From an uncultured Bacilli bacterium (GTDB taxonomy: Bacteria > Bacillota_I > Bacilli_A > RF39 > UBA660), in assembly GCA_944350385.1 (NCBI GenBank), contig CALVOV010000001.1, positions 68,631-132,630 of the forward strand: a stretch of DNA of 64,000 bases, read 5' to 3'. Positions 36,599 through 46,059 of the stretch are shown piece after piece. The notes under the pieces were generated by a model that saw only the letters and a program-made list of their open reading frames with translations, made no database searches and had not been told where the DNA came from. Every line of letters starts with the position of its first letter. Position 1 is the stretch's first letter. A program made the translations under genes and the position numbers.

Positions 36599-37312
36599 AT
36601 GAGAAAAGATTTAGTTATACCTAATCATATAGGTATTATAATGGATGGCAATGGTAGATGGGCTAAACAACGTGGTCAAATTCGTAGTATGGGTCATCGC
36701 GCCGGTGTAGATAATTTTAAAAAATTAATGAAGTATATGAGTGAAGTTGGGGTTAAATTTGTTTCAATGTACATCTTTTCAACTGAAAACTTTAAAAGAG
36801 ATAAAAAAGAAGTAGATTTTTTAATGGATTTATTTGTTAAAATGTTTACTGATGAGTTTGATGAAATTATGAAGGCTAATGCACGTGTAGTTTTTTCTGG
36901 AAGAAAAGAACCTTTACCTGCTAAGGTATTAGAGGCTATGAAAAAAGCTGAAGAATCTTCTAAAAATAATACTGGACCAGTATTAAATTTTTGTATAAAT
37001 TATGGTGGGCAGTGGGAAATTGTTGATACTACTCGTAAGTTATGTGAAAAATACAAAAATGGAGAAATAAGTTTGAATGATATAACTCCTGAATTTATTC
37101 AGAAAAATTTATATCAAGATTTGCCTCCTCTAGATTTTGTTATTAGAACTAGTGGAGAACAAAGAATCAGTAACTTTATGTTATATCAATCAAGTTATGC
37201 AGAATATTATTTTCCAGAAACTTATTTTCCAGATTTCGGACCAGAAGAATTTGATAAAGCTATTGAAGAATACAATAATCGTGATAGAAGATTTGGAGGA
37301 ATAAAAAAATGA
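36599..37312 (+). CDS. uppS: Undecaprenyl diphosphate synthase
   Basis: IIMDGNGRWAKQRG, RTSGEQRISNF, and a C-terminal RRFGG. Confidence 0.93.
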   Translation: MRKDLVIPNHIGIIMDGNGRWAKQRGQIRSMGHRAGVDNFKKLMKYMSEVGVKFVSMYIFSTENFKRDKKEVDFLMDLFVKMFTDEFDEIMKANARVVFSGRKEPLPAKVLEAMKKAEESSKNNTGPVLNFCINYGGQWEIVDTTRKLCEKYKNGEISLNDITPEFIQKNLYQDLPPLDFVIRTSGEQRISNFMLYQSSYAEYYFPETYFPDFGPEEFDKAIEEYNNRDRRFGGIKK

Positions 37313-38106
37313 AATCTAGAGTGTTAAGTGCAATTTTATTAGTTGTTATATTTTTACCACTTTTAATAATAGGTGGAATTCCTTTTTCCATATTAATGGG
37401 TTTAATAGCTGTATTAGCTTTTTATGAATTAATTCATATTAAAGAAACAAAGAAAAAACTTCCTTTGTTGATAAAATTATTTGCTTATATATTGGTAATA
37501 TTCTTTACACTTCATTCAACATCAACTATTGATTTTCAATATAATATGGATTATATTGTTATGTCTATTATCATATTTGTATTTCTATCACCACTGGTAT
37601 TTATTAATAACTCAGAAAAATATAGTATTAATGATGCATTATATTTAATTAGTTCAGTTTTATTTATAGGGCTTAGTTTTAATCTTTTGATTGTAACTCG
37701 TAATTATGATCTTAGATATATTTTATATTTATTTTTGATTACTACTATGACTGATTCCTTTGCTTTATTTACTGGAAGATTAGTTGGTAAACATAAGCTA
37801 ACTAGTATTTCTCCAAAGAAGACAATAGAAGGATTGTTAGGTGGCACATTTATGGGTACATTTATTAGTGTTGCTTTTTATCATACTGTTATCAATCCTT
37901 CTATGCCTCTTCTTACAATTATATTTATAACAATTGCTTTATCTTTAATTGGTCAATTAGGTGATTTAGTTTTCTCAGCAATAAAAAGATATTATGGCAA
38001 GAAAGATTTCTCAGAATTGATTCCCGGTCATGGTGGTATTCTAGATCGCTTTGATAGTATTATATTTGTAGTTTTAGCATTTATTATAGTATTGAGAATT
38101 ATATAG
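37309..38106 (+). CDS. cdsA: Phosphatidate cytidylyltransferase
   Basis: ATGA overlap with uppS. Polytopic protein with signature SAIKRYYGKKDFSELIPGHGGILDRFDS. Confidence 0.9.
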   Translation: MKSRVLSAILLVVIFLPLLIIGGIPFSILMGLIAVLAFYELIHIKETKKKLPLLIKLFAYILVIFFTLHSTSTIDFQYNMDYIVMSIIIFVFLSPLVFINNSEKYSINDALYLISSVLFIGLSFNLLIVTRNYDLRYILYLFLITTMTDSFALFTGRLVGKHKLTSISPKKTIEGLLGGTFMGTFISVAFYHTVINPSMPLLTIIFITIALSLIGQLGDLVFSAIKRYYGKKDFSELIPGHGGILDRFDSIIFVVLAFIIVLRII

Positions 38107-38116
38107 GAGGGGTTTT

Positions 38117-39175
38117 ATGTTAGGCGTATTATGGAATTTATTCCTATTTGTAATTATTCTAGGCGTTATAGTATTTATTCATGAGCTAGGCCATTTTACT
38201 TGGGCTAAAATAGCAGGGGTATATGTTTATGAATTTTCATTAGGTATGGGTCCTAAGTTATGGGGCAAAAAAATAGGTGAAACAGAATATAATATTCGTT
38301 TGATACCAATTGGTGGATTTTGCTCTATGGCCGGTGAAGATTTAGAAATTGATGATGATGAAAAGATACCTAAGGAAAAAAGATTGCAATCTAAAAATTG
38401 TTGGCAAAGATTTTTAATAATGTTCTTTGGACCTGGTAATAATTTTATTTTAGCTATAGTTTTATTATTTTTTATTGCTTTAGTATGGGGTGGAACTACT
38501 ATGGATCCAGTAATTTCTACTGTTACTGAAGATTATCCAGCTGCAGAAGTTGGTCTTTCAAAAGGTGATAAAATTCTTGAAATAAATGGACATGAAATTA
38601 AAAATAGTGACGATGTTAGTTTATATTTAGCAATTGCTGATGTTAATAAAGAAAATAGTATTAAAGTTGTTAAACCTAATGGTTATGAAGTTGACTATAA
38701 AGTAAAACCAAAAGAAGTTGAAGAAGATGGTGAAAGTAGATACTATTTTGGTATTACTATTGAACAAACTAGAACTCATGGTATTGTTAATGCTTTTAAA
38801 TATACTTTTGTAAAATTTGGTTCATTAATTAAACAAATGGGATTGACTCTTAAATATTTGGTAACTGGTGATATTGGTTTGAATCAATTATCTGGGCCAG
38901 TAGGCATTTATTCTGTAGTGGGATCGCAAAGTAAAGCTGGAATTGAAAATATTTTGTTCTTAATTGCTTACTTAAGTATTAATGTGGGATTTTTAAATTT
39001 AGTTCCAATTCCTGCTTTTGATGGAGGACATATATTATTTATAATCATTGAAATGATTAGAAGAAAACCAGTTTCTCCAGAATTAGAAAACAAGATACAT
39101 GCGGTTGGTTTAATGTTATTGATGCTTTTAATGGTTGTGGTTACTATTAATGATATAATGAGACTTATTTTTTAA
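38117..39175 (+). CDS. rseP: RIP (site-2) zinc metalloprotease
   Basis: HELGH in the first TM region, a PDZ-like middle segment, and NLVPIPAFDGGH. Confidence 0.9.
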   Translation: MLGVLWNLFLFVIILGVIVFIHELGHFTWAKIAGVYVYEFSLGMGPKLWGKKIGETEYNIRLIPIGGFCSMAGEDLEIDDDEKIPKEKRLQSKNCWQRFLIMFFGPGNNFILAIVLLFFIALVWGGTTMDPVISTVTEDYPAAEVGLSKGDKILEINGHEIKNSDDVSLYLAIADVNKENSIKVVKPNGYEVDYKVKPKEVEEDGESRYYFGITIEQTRTHGIVNAFKYTFVKFGSLIKQMGLTLKYLVTGDIGLNQLSGPVGIYSVVGSQSKAGIENILFLIAYLSINVGFLNLVPIPAFDGGHILFIIIEMIRRKPVSPELENKIHAVGLMLLMLLMVVVTINDIMRLIF

Positions 39176-39259
39176 AGTCTCTTTTTTTGTAAAAAAAAAT
39201 AAAAAATAGATTTATTAATTTTATATAATTTGATAAAATAGCTATAGTAGGTGTTTAAT

Positions 39260-41815
39260 ATGAATAAGAGTAAAAGAGGTTTTACATTAGTAGAAGTTAT
39301 TGTTACTATTGCAATTTTAGGGGTAATTACATTAGTTGCTTTGCCTATTATTAGTAATGTGCAAGGTACTTTGAGATCATCAAGATTACAGGTTCATAGA
39401 AATGCAATTTCTTCTGCTACAAAATTATTTATGGATTCAAATCAAGAAGATTATTTTGGTAATCAAAATAGTGGATGTGTAGATATTAAATATCTTGAGT
39501 TAGTTGATGCTAATTTATTAGATCCAATTGATTTTTCAGATTTTACCGAGGTTAACCCAGACAATATATTTACGAGGGTTACTAAGGCTAATGACACTTT
39601 CGATTATGTTGTTTATTTGACGGAAACAGAAATTAATGGTGCTGGTAGCAGTTGTGATGGTTCTATTGACGAGAGTGGACCTAATATAGTTTTAACTCCA
39701 GATGGCAATTCTTCTCCTAACAAATATATACAAGTAACGATAAGAATTTCTGATGACTATGGATTAGGTGCAAATCAAAAGATTAAATATAAATGGATTA
39801 ATGAAAGTAATGCTACTATTGGTAGTGAAAAAACACATGATTTTGGTAATCTGATGACAAATAATAATTCTTCACTTAGTTTCACAGTTAATACGCCAAA
39901 TGATGTTACTGGAAATATAAGATTGGTAGTTACACCTGTTAACGTTGTTGATTCTCTTGGAAATCATACAACCATGAGCAAGACAAGTGCTCCATTTGTT
40001 TTGGATAATACTGGACCAAATATAGTTGTTAAAATATATAAATTAAATGGAAGTTCAAAGACTGGAAATGTTTTGTTAACGAAGACAAATAGTGATGCCT
40101 CTATAACTACTTGGCAAAATTATGGTTATTATTTTGATTTTAGTGATAGTAATGATACAAGTGGAATAGTTAAGCAGGAATGGAAGTGGAATGAAACCAA
40201 GAATGTTAATCTAGTAAAGAATTATGCTGGTGGAAGTACTACAAATTCTAGTGTTACTGATAAAACTTTTTCAGGACGTGGTGCTAGATATGGTACTGTT
40301 ACGATGTATGATAAACTTAATAATAAGACTTCTATGAATATTATTGTTTACATATCAACTACTTACACAATAAAATATGCCGGAAATGGAAATACTGGTG
40401 GAAGTACTGCTAATACAACCTGTTATTATGGTATTAATTGTACTTTAAGGTCTAATGGATTTAGTAAAACAGGTTATAAGTTTAATAATTGGAAAATAGG
40501 AAGTACTAATTATAATGCTGGAGCTACAGTTAAAAATTTATCTACTACTGATGGTGGCACAATTACAGCAACAGCACAATGGAGTGGTAATTCATATACA
40601 ATAAAATATGCCGGAAATGGAAATACTGGTGGAAGTACTGCTAATACAACATGTAAGTATGGTTCTAATTGTACTTTAAAAACTAATGGATTTAGTAAAA
40701 CAGGTTACCATTTTACAGGTTGGAAAATAGGAAGTACTAATTATAGTGCTGGAGCTATAGTTAAAAATTTAACTAGTAGTAGTGGAGGAACGGTTACAGC
40801 AACCGCACAATGGGCTGCTAATACTTATACAATAAAATATGCTGGAAATGGAAATACTGGTGGAAGTACTGCTAATACAACGTGTAAATATGGTTCTAAC
40901 TGTACTTTAAGAGGTAATGGATTTACTAGAACAAATTATAATTTTACAGGTTGGAAAATAGGAAGTACTAATTATGGTTCTGGAGCCACAGTTAAAAATC
41001 TAACTAGTACAAATGGAGGAACAGTTACAGCAACTGCACAATGGACTTTGAAAAAATATACAATTAGTTATAATGCTAATGGTGGTAGTGGAGCACCAGG
41101 ATCACAGACTAAAACACATGGTACTGCAATAAAATTAAGTGGTACTAGACCATCTAGGAGTGGTTATACTTTTGTCGGTTGGGGTACTTCAAGTACAAAA
41201 CATACTGCATCTTATCAACCGGGAAATAGTTATTCTGGCAATTCTAATGTTACTCTTTATGCTATTTGGAAAAAGACAATTACAATTACATTTAATAGAA
41301 ATAAAGCTGCATGGATGGGCAATTCTTCTAAAAGTTGTACAATGTGGAATTCTGACTCTGGTTGTTCTATAACTTCTCCTTCTATACCAAATCTTGGGGG
41401 AACAAACAAAACTGGGGATAGTTATAGTAGTATTTTAGATGTAAAAGGTTGGAGTACAAGCAGTGGTGCTACTTCTTCAAGTTGGGGTGCTAATACTAGT
41501 AAAAAAGTTAGTAGTAATGCTACTTATTATACTGTTATTAATCTAAAATTATTAAATAGAAATGTTAGGGTAACTTCTGATACTGGATTAATTCAAAGAA
41601 ATTCTCCTTGTAGTGGAAGTAAAGTTGGAGTTACACATTATCAATCTTATCTTAGAACAACAGGATCAAATACTGACTGGAAATATTGTAATGCAGATAA
41701 CCCAATTTGGATTCGTGCATGGTTTAATGGTAATGGAGTTTGTTGGGATAATAATGATAGATATTCAAGTTCAGCATGTAATGGCTGGTCTAGTACTAGA
41801 TATATGGATTGGTGA
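39260..41815 (+). CDS. Prepilin-type N-terminal cleavage/methylation domain protein with Listeria-Bacteroides repeats
   Basis: MNKSKRG/FTLVEVIVTIAILGVITLVALP class III signal, two Ig-like segments each starting GPNIV, four ~77-aa YTI.Y..NG..G....T..YG....L..NGF...GY.F.GW repeats, and a Cys/Trp-rich C-terminal domain. Confidence 0.75.
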   Translation: MNKSKRGFTLVEVIVTIAILGVITLVALPIISNVQGTLRSSRLQVHRNAISSATKLFMDSNQEDYFGNQNSGCVDIKYLELVDANLLDPIDFSDFTEVNPDNIFTRVTKANDTFDYVVYLTETEINGAGSSCDGSIDESGPNIVLTPDGNSSPNKYIQVTIRISDDYGLGANQKIKYKWINESNATIGSEKTHDFGNLMTNNNSSLSFTVNTPNDVTGNIRLVVTPVNVVDSLGNHTTMSKTSAPFVLDNTGPNIVVKIYKLNGSSKTGNVLLTKTNSDASITTWQNYGYYFDFSDSNDTSGIVKQEWKWNETKNVNLVKNYAGGSTTNSSVTDKTFSGRGARYGTVTMYDKLNNKTSMNIIVYISTTYTIKYAGNGNTGGSTANTTCYYGINCTLRSNGFSKTGYKFNNWKIGSTNYNAGATVKNLSTTDGGTITATAQWSGNSYTIKYAGNGNTGGSTANTTCKYGSNCTLKTNGFSKTGYHFTGWKIGSTNYSAGAIVKNLTSSSGGTVTATAQWAANTYTIKYAGNGNTGGSTANTTCKYGSNCTLRGNGFTRTNYNFTGWKIGSTNYGSGATVKNLTSTNGGTVTATAQWTLKKYTISYNANGGSGAPGSQTKTHGTAIKLSGTRPSRSGYTFVGWGTSSTKHTASYQPGNSYSGNSNVTLYAIWKKTITITFNRNKAAWMGNSSKSCTMWNSDSGCSITSPSIPNLGGTNKTGDSYSSILDVKGWSTSSGATSSSWGANTSKKVSSNATYYTVINLKLLNRNVRVTSDTGLIQRNSPCSGSKVGVTHYQSYLRTTGSNTDWKYCNADNPIWIRAWFNGNGVCWDNNDRYSSSACNGWSSTRYMDW
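40364..41275 (+). repeat. Tandem 231-bp in-frame repeats (three close copies plus one diverged copy)
   Basis: Units start at 40364, 40595, 40826 and 41057. The first three begin tay aca ata aaa tat gcy gga aat gga aat act ggt gga agt act gct aat aca. Confidence 0.9.
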
Positions 41816-41820
41816 TGTTT

Positions 41821-42354
41821 ATGAAAAATAAAATCAAATATATTTTATTGATAGTTGCGATTTTTCTAGTTGCTGTAGGAGGAGTATTATTTTATATGAA
41901 TATTCCTTCTGCAACTGAGCAGCCAGAGAAAGAACAAACTAGTCAAGAAGAAGATGATAAAGTATTAGGAATACCAGAATTTATAACTAATAAAGGTATA
42001 ACTGAAAATGTAGTTACTGATGCTAATGGCGTTAGAAGAAATTCAAGTGAAGCTTTTAATAAAGTTCATACTTATGGTGATTATTCTATAAATTCTCTAC
42101 AATTGTATTTTGATTCAGAAAATGAAGATATGGCTCATGTTAAATTTATTTTAAATAATAATGGATCAAAGCAATATAATAATACTGGCATAAATATAAG
42201 ATTTATTTTTGAAGATGGGTCTAAATCAGAGAAATTCTTTGCTATGACTTTAGATACTACTAAAGAAATTGAAATAACAATTTTACATAAAGTAATGGAT
42301 GCTGTTGATTATGAATTTAGTGTAGAAGAAGTTGTTGGTGAACCTCTTGGTTAA
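41821..42354 (+). CDS. Hypothetical N-terminally anchored protein
   Basis: Start lies next to the pilin-like gene stop. TM helix YILLIVAIFLVAVGGVLFY followed by a ~140-aa beta-rich domain. Confidence 0.5.
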   Translation: MKNKIKYILLIVAIFLVAVGGVLFYMNIPSATEQPEKEQTSQEEDDKVLGIPEFITNKGITENVVTDANGVRRNSSEAFNKVHTYGDYSINSLQLYFDSENEDMAHVKFILNNNGSKQYNNTGINIRFIFEDGSKSEKFFAMTLDTTKEIEITILHKVMDAVDYEFSVEEVVGEPLG

Positions 42355-42384
42355 AAATAGAACATATTGTTCTATTTTTTTTAT
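42355..42384 (+). terminator. Rho-independent terminator
   Basis: ~9-bp stem aaatagaac/gttctattt plus T8. Confidence 0.8.
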
Positions 42385-42430
42385 TAAAATATAGTAGTAT
42401 GTTATAATATCTTGAAGAGAGGAGGCAATA

Positions 42431-44596
42431 ATGGTAGCAGGAGTTTTAGTTGAATTATCTAATAAAAATATAGATAAAATTTTTGATTATAATGTTCCAA
42501 AAAATTTAGAGGATAAAATGAAAATTGGCATTAGAGTTGAAGTACCTTTTGGAAGACAGACCTTAGATGGATTTGTTTTAGAAATTAAAGATTTTTCTGA
42601 TATAGAGTTAAAAGATATATTAAGTATTAAAGATCACGATATTATTTTAAATAATGAATTATTACAACTTGGTAAAGCATTAAGCAAAGAGTATTTAGCA
42701 ACCTTGATTAGTTGCTATCAAGTTATGCTGCCAAAAGCTTTGAAAGCAAAAATAAATAGTAAAAATAATATAATATTTGATACTTTTTATAGATTAAATA
42801 ATGTTAATATTACAAAAGAAAAATTTAATGATAGTCAAAGAAGAATAGTTGATTGTTGTTTAGAGAAAGAATGTGTTTCTAGAGAAGAATTAAAAGCAAT
42901 TAGCCTAAGTAGCTTAAATACCTTACTTAAAAGAAAAATCCTTGTAGAGGAAAAAAGGGAACATTATAGATTAACTTATTCTGATTCTAAATTATCAAAA
43001 AAAGAATTAACTATAGATCAAAAAAAAGTTGTTGAAGAAGTTATTAATACAAATGATTCAGTTTATCTTTTATATGGTGTTACTGGTAGTGGAAAAACAG
43101 AAGTTTATATGGAGTTGATTGAGGAACAATTAAAATTAGGTAAAGGATGTATTGTATTAGTTCCTGAAATAAGTTTGACTCCACAAATGGTACATAGATT
43201 TCAAGAACGTTTTGGTAAGTCAATAGCTGCTTTACATTCTGCATTAAGTGATGGTGAAAAATACGATGAGTGGAGAAGAATTGCTAGAGGTGAAGCTAGC
43301 ATAGTTATTGGTGCTAGAAGTGCTATCTTTGCTCCTATAACTAATATTGGTGTTATTATAGTTGATGAAGAGCATAGTGAATCCTATAAGCAATCAGATG
43401 CTAATCCACGTTATCATGCTGTTGATGTTGCAATTATGAGAAGCAGATATCATCATTGTAAAGTTATTTTGGGTAGTGCTACTCCAAGATTGGAAAGTTT
43501 TGCTAGAGCAGAAAAGGGTAATTATCACTTGCTAAAGTTATTAAACAGAGTCAATGGAAAACCACTACCAAAAGTAACTGTTGTTGATTTAAATAAGGAA
43601 GTAGGTAAAAATTTTGGACATTTTTCTAATGCTCTTATATCTGCTATAAATTCTCGTCTAGAAAGGAAAGAACAAATAATTTTATTATTAAATAGACGTG
43701 GCTATTCTCCTTTTATCACTTGTAGAAATTGTGGCCATACTATTAAGTGCCCAAATTGTGATATAACCCTTACGTATCATAAATCTTCTAATACTTTACG
43801 ATGCCATTATTGTGGATATGCTGAAAAAAAATTAGTGAAATGTCCTAATTGTGGTGAAGAATCAATCCATGATTTAGGATGCGGTACAGAAAAGATAGAA
43901 GAAGAGCTTCATAAATTAATTGATGCACGTATTTTAAGAATGGACTATGATACTACTTCGCGAAAAGGATCTCATCAAAAAATGATAGAAGCTTTTAAAA
44001 ATCATGAGTATGATATTTTATTGGGCACACAAATAGTAGCAAAAGGTTTAGATTTTTCCTTAGTTACTTTAGTTGGTGTTATCAATGCTGATACTAGTTT
44101 AAATCTTCCAGATTTTAGAAGTAGCGAAAATACCTTTTCTTTGCTTAATCAAGTAGCTGGCAGAGCTGGTCGTAGTGAGCATAGTGGTGAAGTGATTATT
44201 CAAACATATAATCCTAATCATTATGCTATCAGATATACACAGGAACAAGATTATTTAAAATTTTATAAATATGAGATGGAAATAAGAAAAAAATTAAAGT
44301 ATCCTCCATACTTTTATCTTACATTTATACGTATCAGTGGTAAAGATTTAGAATTCATTTCTTTAGAAGCAGCTAAAATAAAGAAAAGTATAGAAAAAAA
44401 TTTAAATAATATCATTGTTTTAGGTCCAACTTCATGTACTCTTTTTAAGATTAATAATATATTTAGGTTGGGAATTTTAATAAAGTATAAAAGATGCGAT
44501 AATTTGAAGTTATTTTTAGATAAGATATTAAGTCATTATAAAAGTAAATCAAATATAAAAATCGATATAGATTTTAATCCTAGTCAAATGTTATAA
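42431..44596 (+). CDS. priA: Primosomal protein N' (replication restart helicase)
   Basis: Walker A GVTGSGKTEVY, DEEH box (IIVDEEHSESYK), and Cys-rich zinc region CRNCGHTIKCPNCD...CHYCGY...CPNCG. Confidence 0.93.
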   Translation: MVAGVLVELSNKNIDKIFDYNVPKNLEDKMKIGIRVEVPFGRQTLDGFVLEIKDFSDIELKDILSIKDHDIILNNELLQLGKALSKEYLATLISCYQVMLPKALKAKINSKNNIIFDTFYRLNNVNITKEKFNDSQRRIVDCCLEKECVSREELKAISLSSLNTLLKRKILVEEKREHYRLTYSDSKLSKKELTIDQKKVVEEVINTNDSVYLLYGVTGSGKTEVYMELIEEQLKLGKGCIVLVPEISLTPQMVHRFQERFGKSIAALHSALSDGEKYDEWRRIARGEASIVIGARSAIFAPITNIGVIIVDEEHSESYKQSDANPRYHAVDVAIMRSRYHHCKVILGSATPRLESFARAEKGNYHLLKLLNRVNGKPLPKVTVVDLNKEVGKNFGHFSNALISAINSRLERKEQIILLLNRRGYSPFITCRNCGHTIKCPNCDITLTYHKSSNTLRCHYCGYAEKKLVKCPNCGEESIHDLGCGTEKIEEELHKLIDARILRMDYDTTSRKGSHQKMIEAFKNHEYDILLGTQIVAKGLDFSLVTLVGVINADTSLNLPDFRSSENTFSLLNQVAGRAGRSEHSGEVIIQTYNPNHYAIRYTQEQDYLKFYKYEMEIRKKLKYPPYFYLTFIRISGKDLEFISLEAAKIKKSIEKNLNNIIVLGPTSCTLFKINNIFRLGILIKYKRCDNLKLFLDKILSHYKSKSNIKIDIDFNPSQML

Positions 44597-44634
44597 ATTA
44601 TGATATTCTATTTAATAGAATAGAGGTGTTATCC

Positions 44635-44919
44635 ATGGCTTTTTTTGATGATTCATTTATGAAGAAGGAAAATGAAAAAGAAGAATTACATAATAAAGAA
44701 ACATCAAATAATCAGAGTAGAAATAGTAATCAAAATGAATTAGAAATTAATAAGAAAAATCGTGAAGCATATGAAGATTTAATGAAAAATTCGCAAACTA
44801 GTTATGATTCATATTTTGATAAAAATAATGTATTTGTTAAATTAGTTTTATTTTTGTTATTTGTCTTTATTGTTATTGGTTCGGCATATTATTTATTACA
44901 ATATTTTTCTACTAAATAG
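44635..44919 (+). CDS. Hypothetical small tail-anchored membrane protein
   Basis: 94 aa with a polar N-terminal region and a C-terminal helix LVLFLLFVFIVIGSAYYLL. Confidence 0.4.
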   Translation: MAFFDDSFMKKENEKEELHNKETSNNQSRNSNQNELEINKKNREAYEDLMKNSQTSYDSYFDKNNVFVKLVLFLLFVFIVIGSAYYLLQYFSTK

Positions 44920-46050
44920 GTGGTGATTAATTTGCTTGATAATTTAATCAAAACAAAAGAAGTTCAATCTTTATTGATGCAGATTTTTAATAATCCAAAA
45001 TATTATGATAAAACTATTGAAGAAGTTTTAGAAAGTCAGTTTGTTTTACAAGAGAGAATTTTACTTTTATTTTATGATACTTTGTTTAAATATCAAATGC
45101 TTATTACTGATCATAAATATTTAAAAGAGTTTATGTTATCATTTGAAACTTTATTAAAAAGATTAGATAATGTAGATGATATTAATTATGGAGTTTCTAA
45201 GATAATTGGAAAAACCATTTTAAAAAAGTTAGGGATTACTCCTGAAGAAAAAGAAGAAAAAAAAGAATTTGTTCTTAAATATGTTTACGAAGTTTATATC
45301 AAGAATGGTTTTTATATAAAAGGACTTAGTAGGGTTGATTATTATAATATTCGTGGTAAAAGTTTGAATAAAAATATATTTTTACCTGAAGTTCAAGAAT
45401 TAAACGAAATTTTAAGTAGATATGATTTTAATATATTAGAAAGTCAAAATAATAATATTACTTTTAATACTGATATTATTAAAGCTTGTATGGAGTCGAT
45501 TAATTCACCAATCTATTTATATGATTTAGTTGTCAATAATTCTTTTATTTCAAAAAACAAAGATGCTTATTATTTAAAAGATTTACAATTATGTTTAGAT
45601 AATTTAAGTATTGTTCTTAAAGAGCTAAATGTAAATGATAAAGATAAGAAAAGAATTATTAAGTTATTTAAAAAGATTTGGCCTTTTTATAATACTGAGA
45701 GTAATAATATATATTTAATTTTTATTAAGAGAAGTAAATTAAATAGTATTATCGAATATAAAGAAAATTTTGATTTTGATTTTGATGAGGCGTTATATAA
45801 TTTGTTTAATACTTATAATGATTTTTATGTTACTGATAATATTAATGAGAAAATAGATTTTTCTTGTGAGTTACCTAGTTATTATCAATATAAAATTAGG
45901 AAGAATAAAAAAAATAAGGTTAAAGGAATAGAATTTATCGATGATGGATTTAATTTTAATAATAAATATGGTAAAGCTACTTTGTTTATTTTAATTGGTT
46001 CCTTATTGATTATTATTGGGGTTGTGTTTACTATAATATTTAATTTATAG
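44920..46050 (+). CDS. Hypothetical protein with C-terminal TM helix
   Basis: GTG start abuts the upstream stop (TTG 44932 is an alternative). C-terminal helix TLFILIGSLLIIIGVVFTIIF. Confidence 0.45.
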   Translation: MVINLLDNLIKTKEVQSLLMQIFNNPKYYDKTIEEVLESQFVLQERILLLFYDTLFKYQMLITDHKYLKEFMLSFETLLKRLDNVDDINYGVSKIIGKTILKKLGITPEEKEEKKEFVLKYVYEVYIKNGFYIKGLSRVDYYNIRGKSLNKNIFLPEVQELNEILSRYDFNILESQNNNITFNTDIIKACMESINSPIYLYDLVVNNSFISKNKDAYYLKDLQLCLDNLSIVLKELNVNDKDKKRIIKLFKKIWPFYNTESNNIYLIFIKRSKLNSIIEYKENFDFDFDEALYNLFNTYNDFYVTDNINEKIDFSCELPSYYQYKIRKNKKNKVKGIEFIDDGFNFNNKYGKATLFILIGSLLIIIGVVFTIIFNL

Positions 46051-46059
46051 GAGGTATTT

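Noticed and set aside
39176-39215. T7/A9 stretch after rseP as a terminator
   Set aside because: Only an A/T-only pairing is possible (tttttttgtaaaaaaa). There is no G/C-containing stem, so I did not call it.
40364-41275. Regularly spaced repeats considered as a possible CRISPR or non-coding array
   Set aside because: The period is 231 bp with no unique spacers. The units are in frame and encode a known style of protein repeat within one long ORF. The same logic applies to the 90-bp array at 6792-7241.
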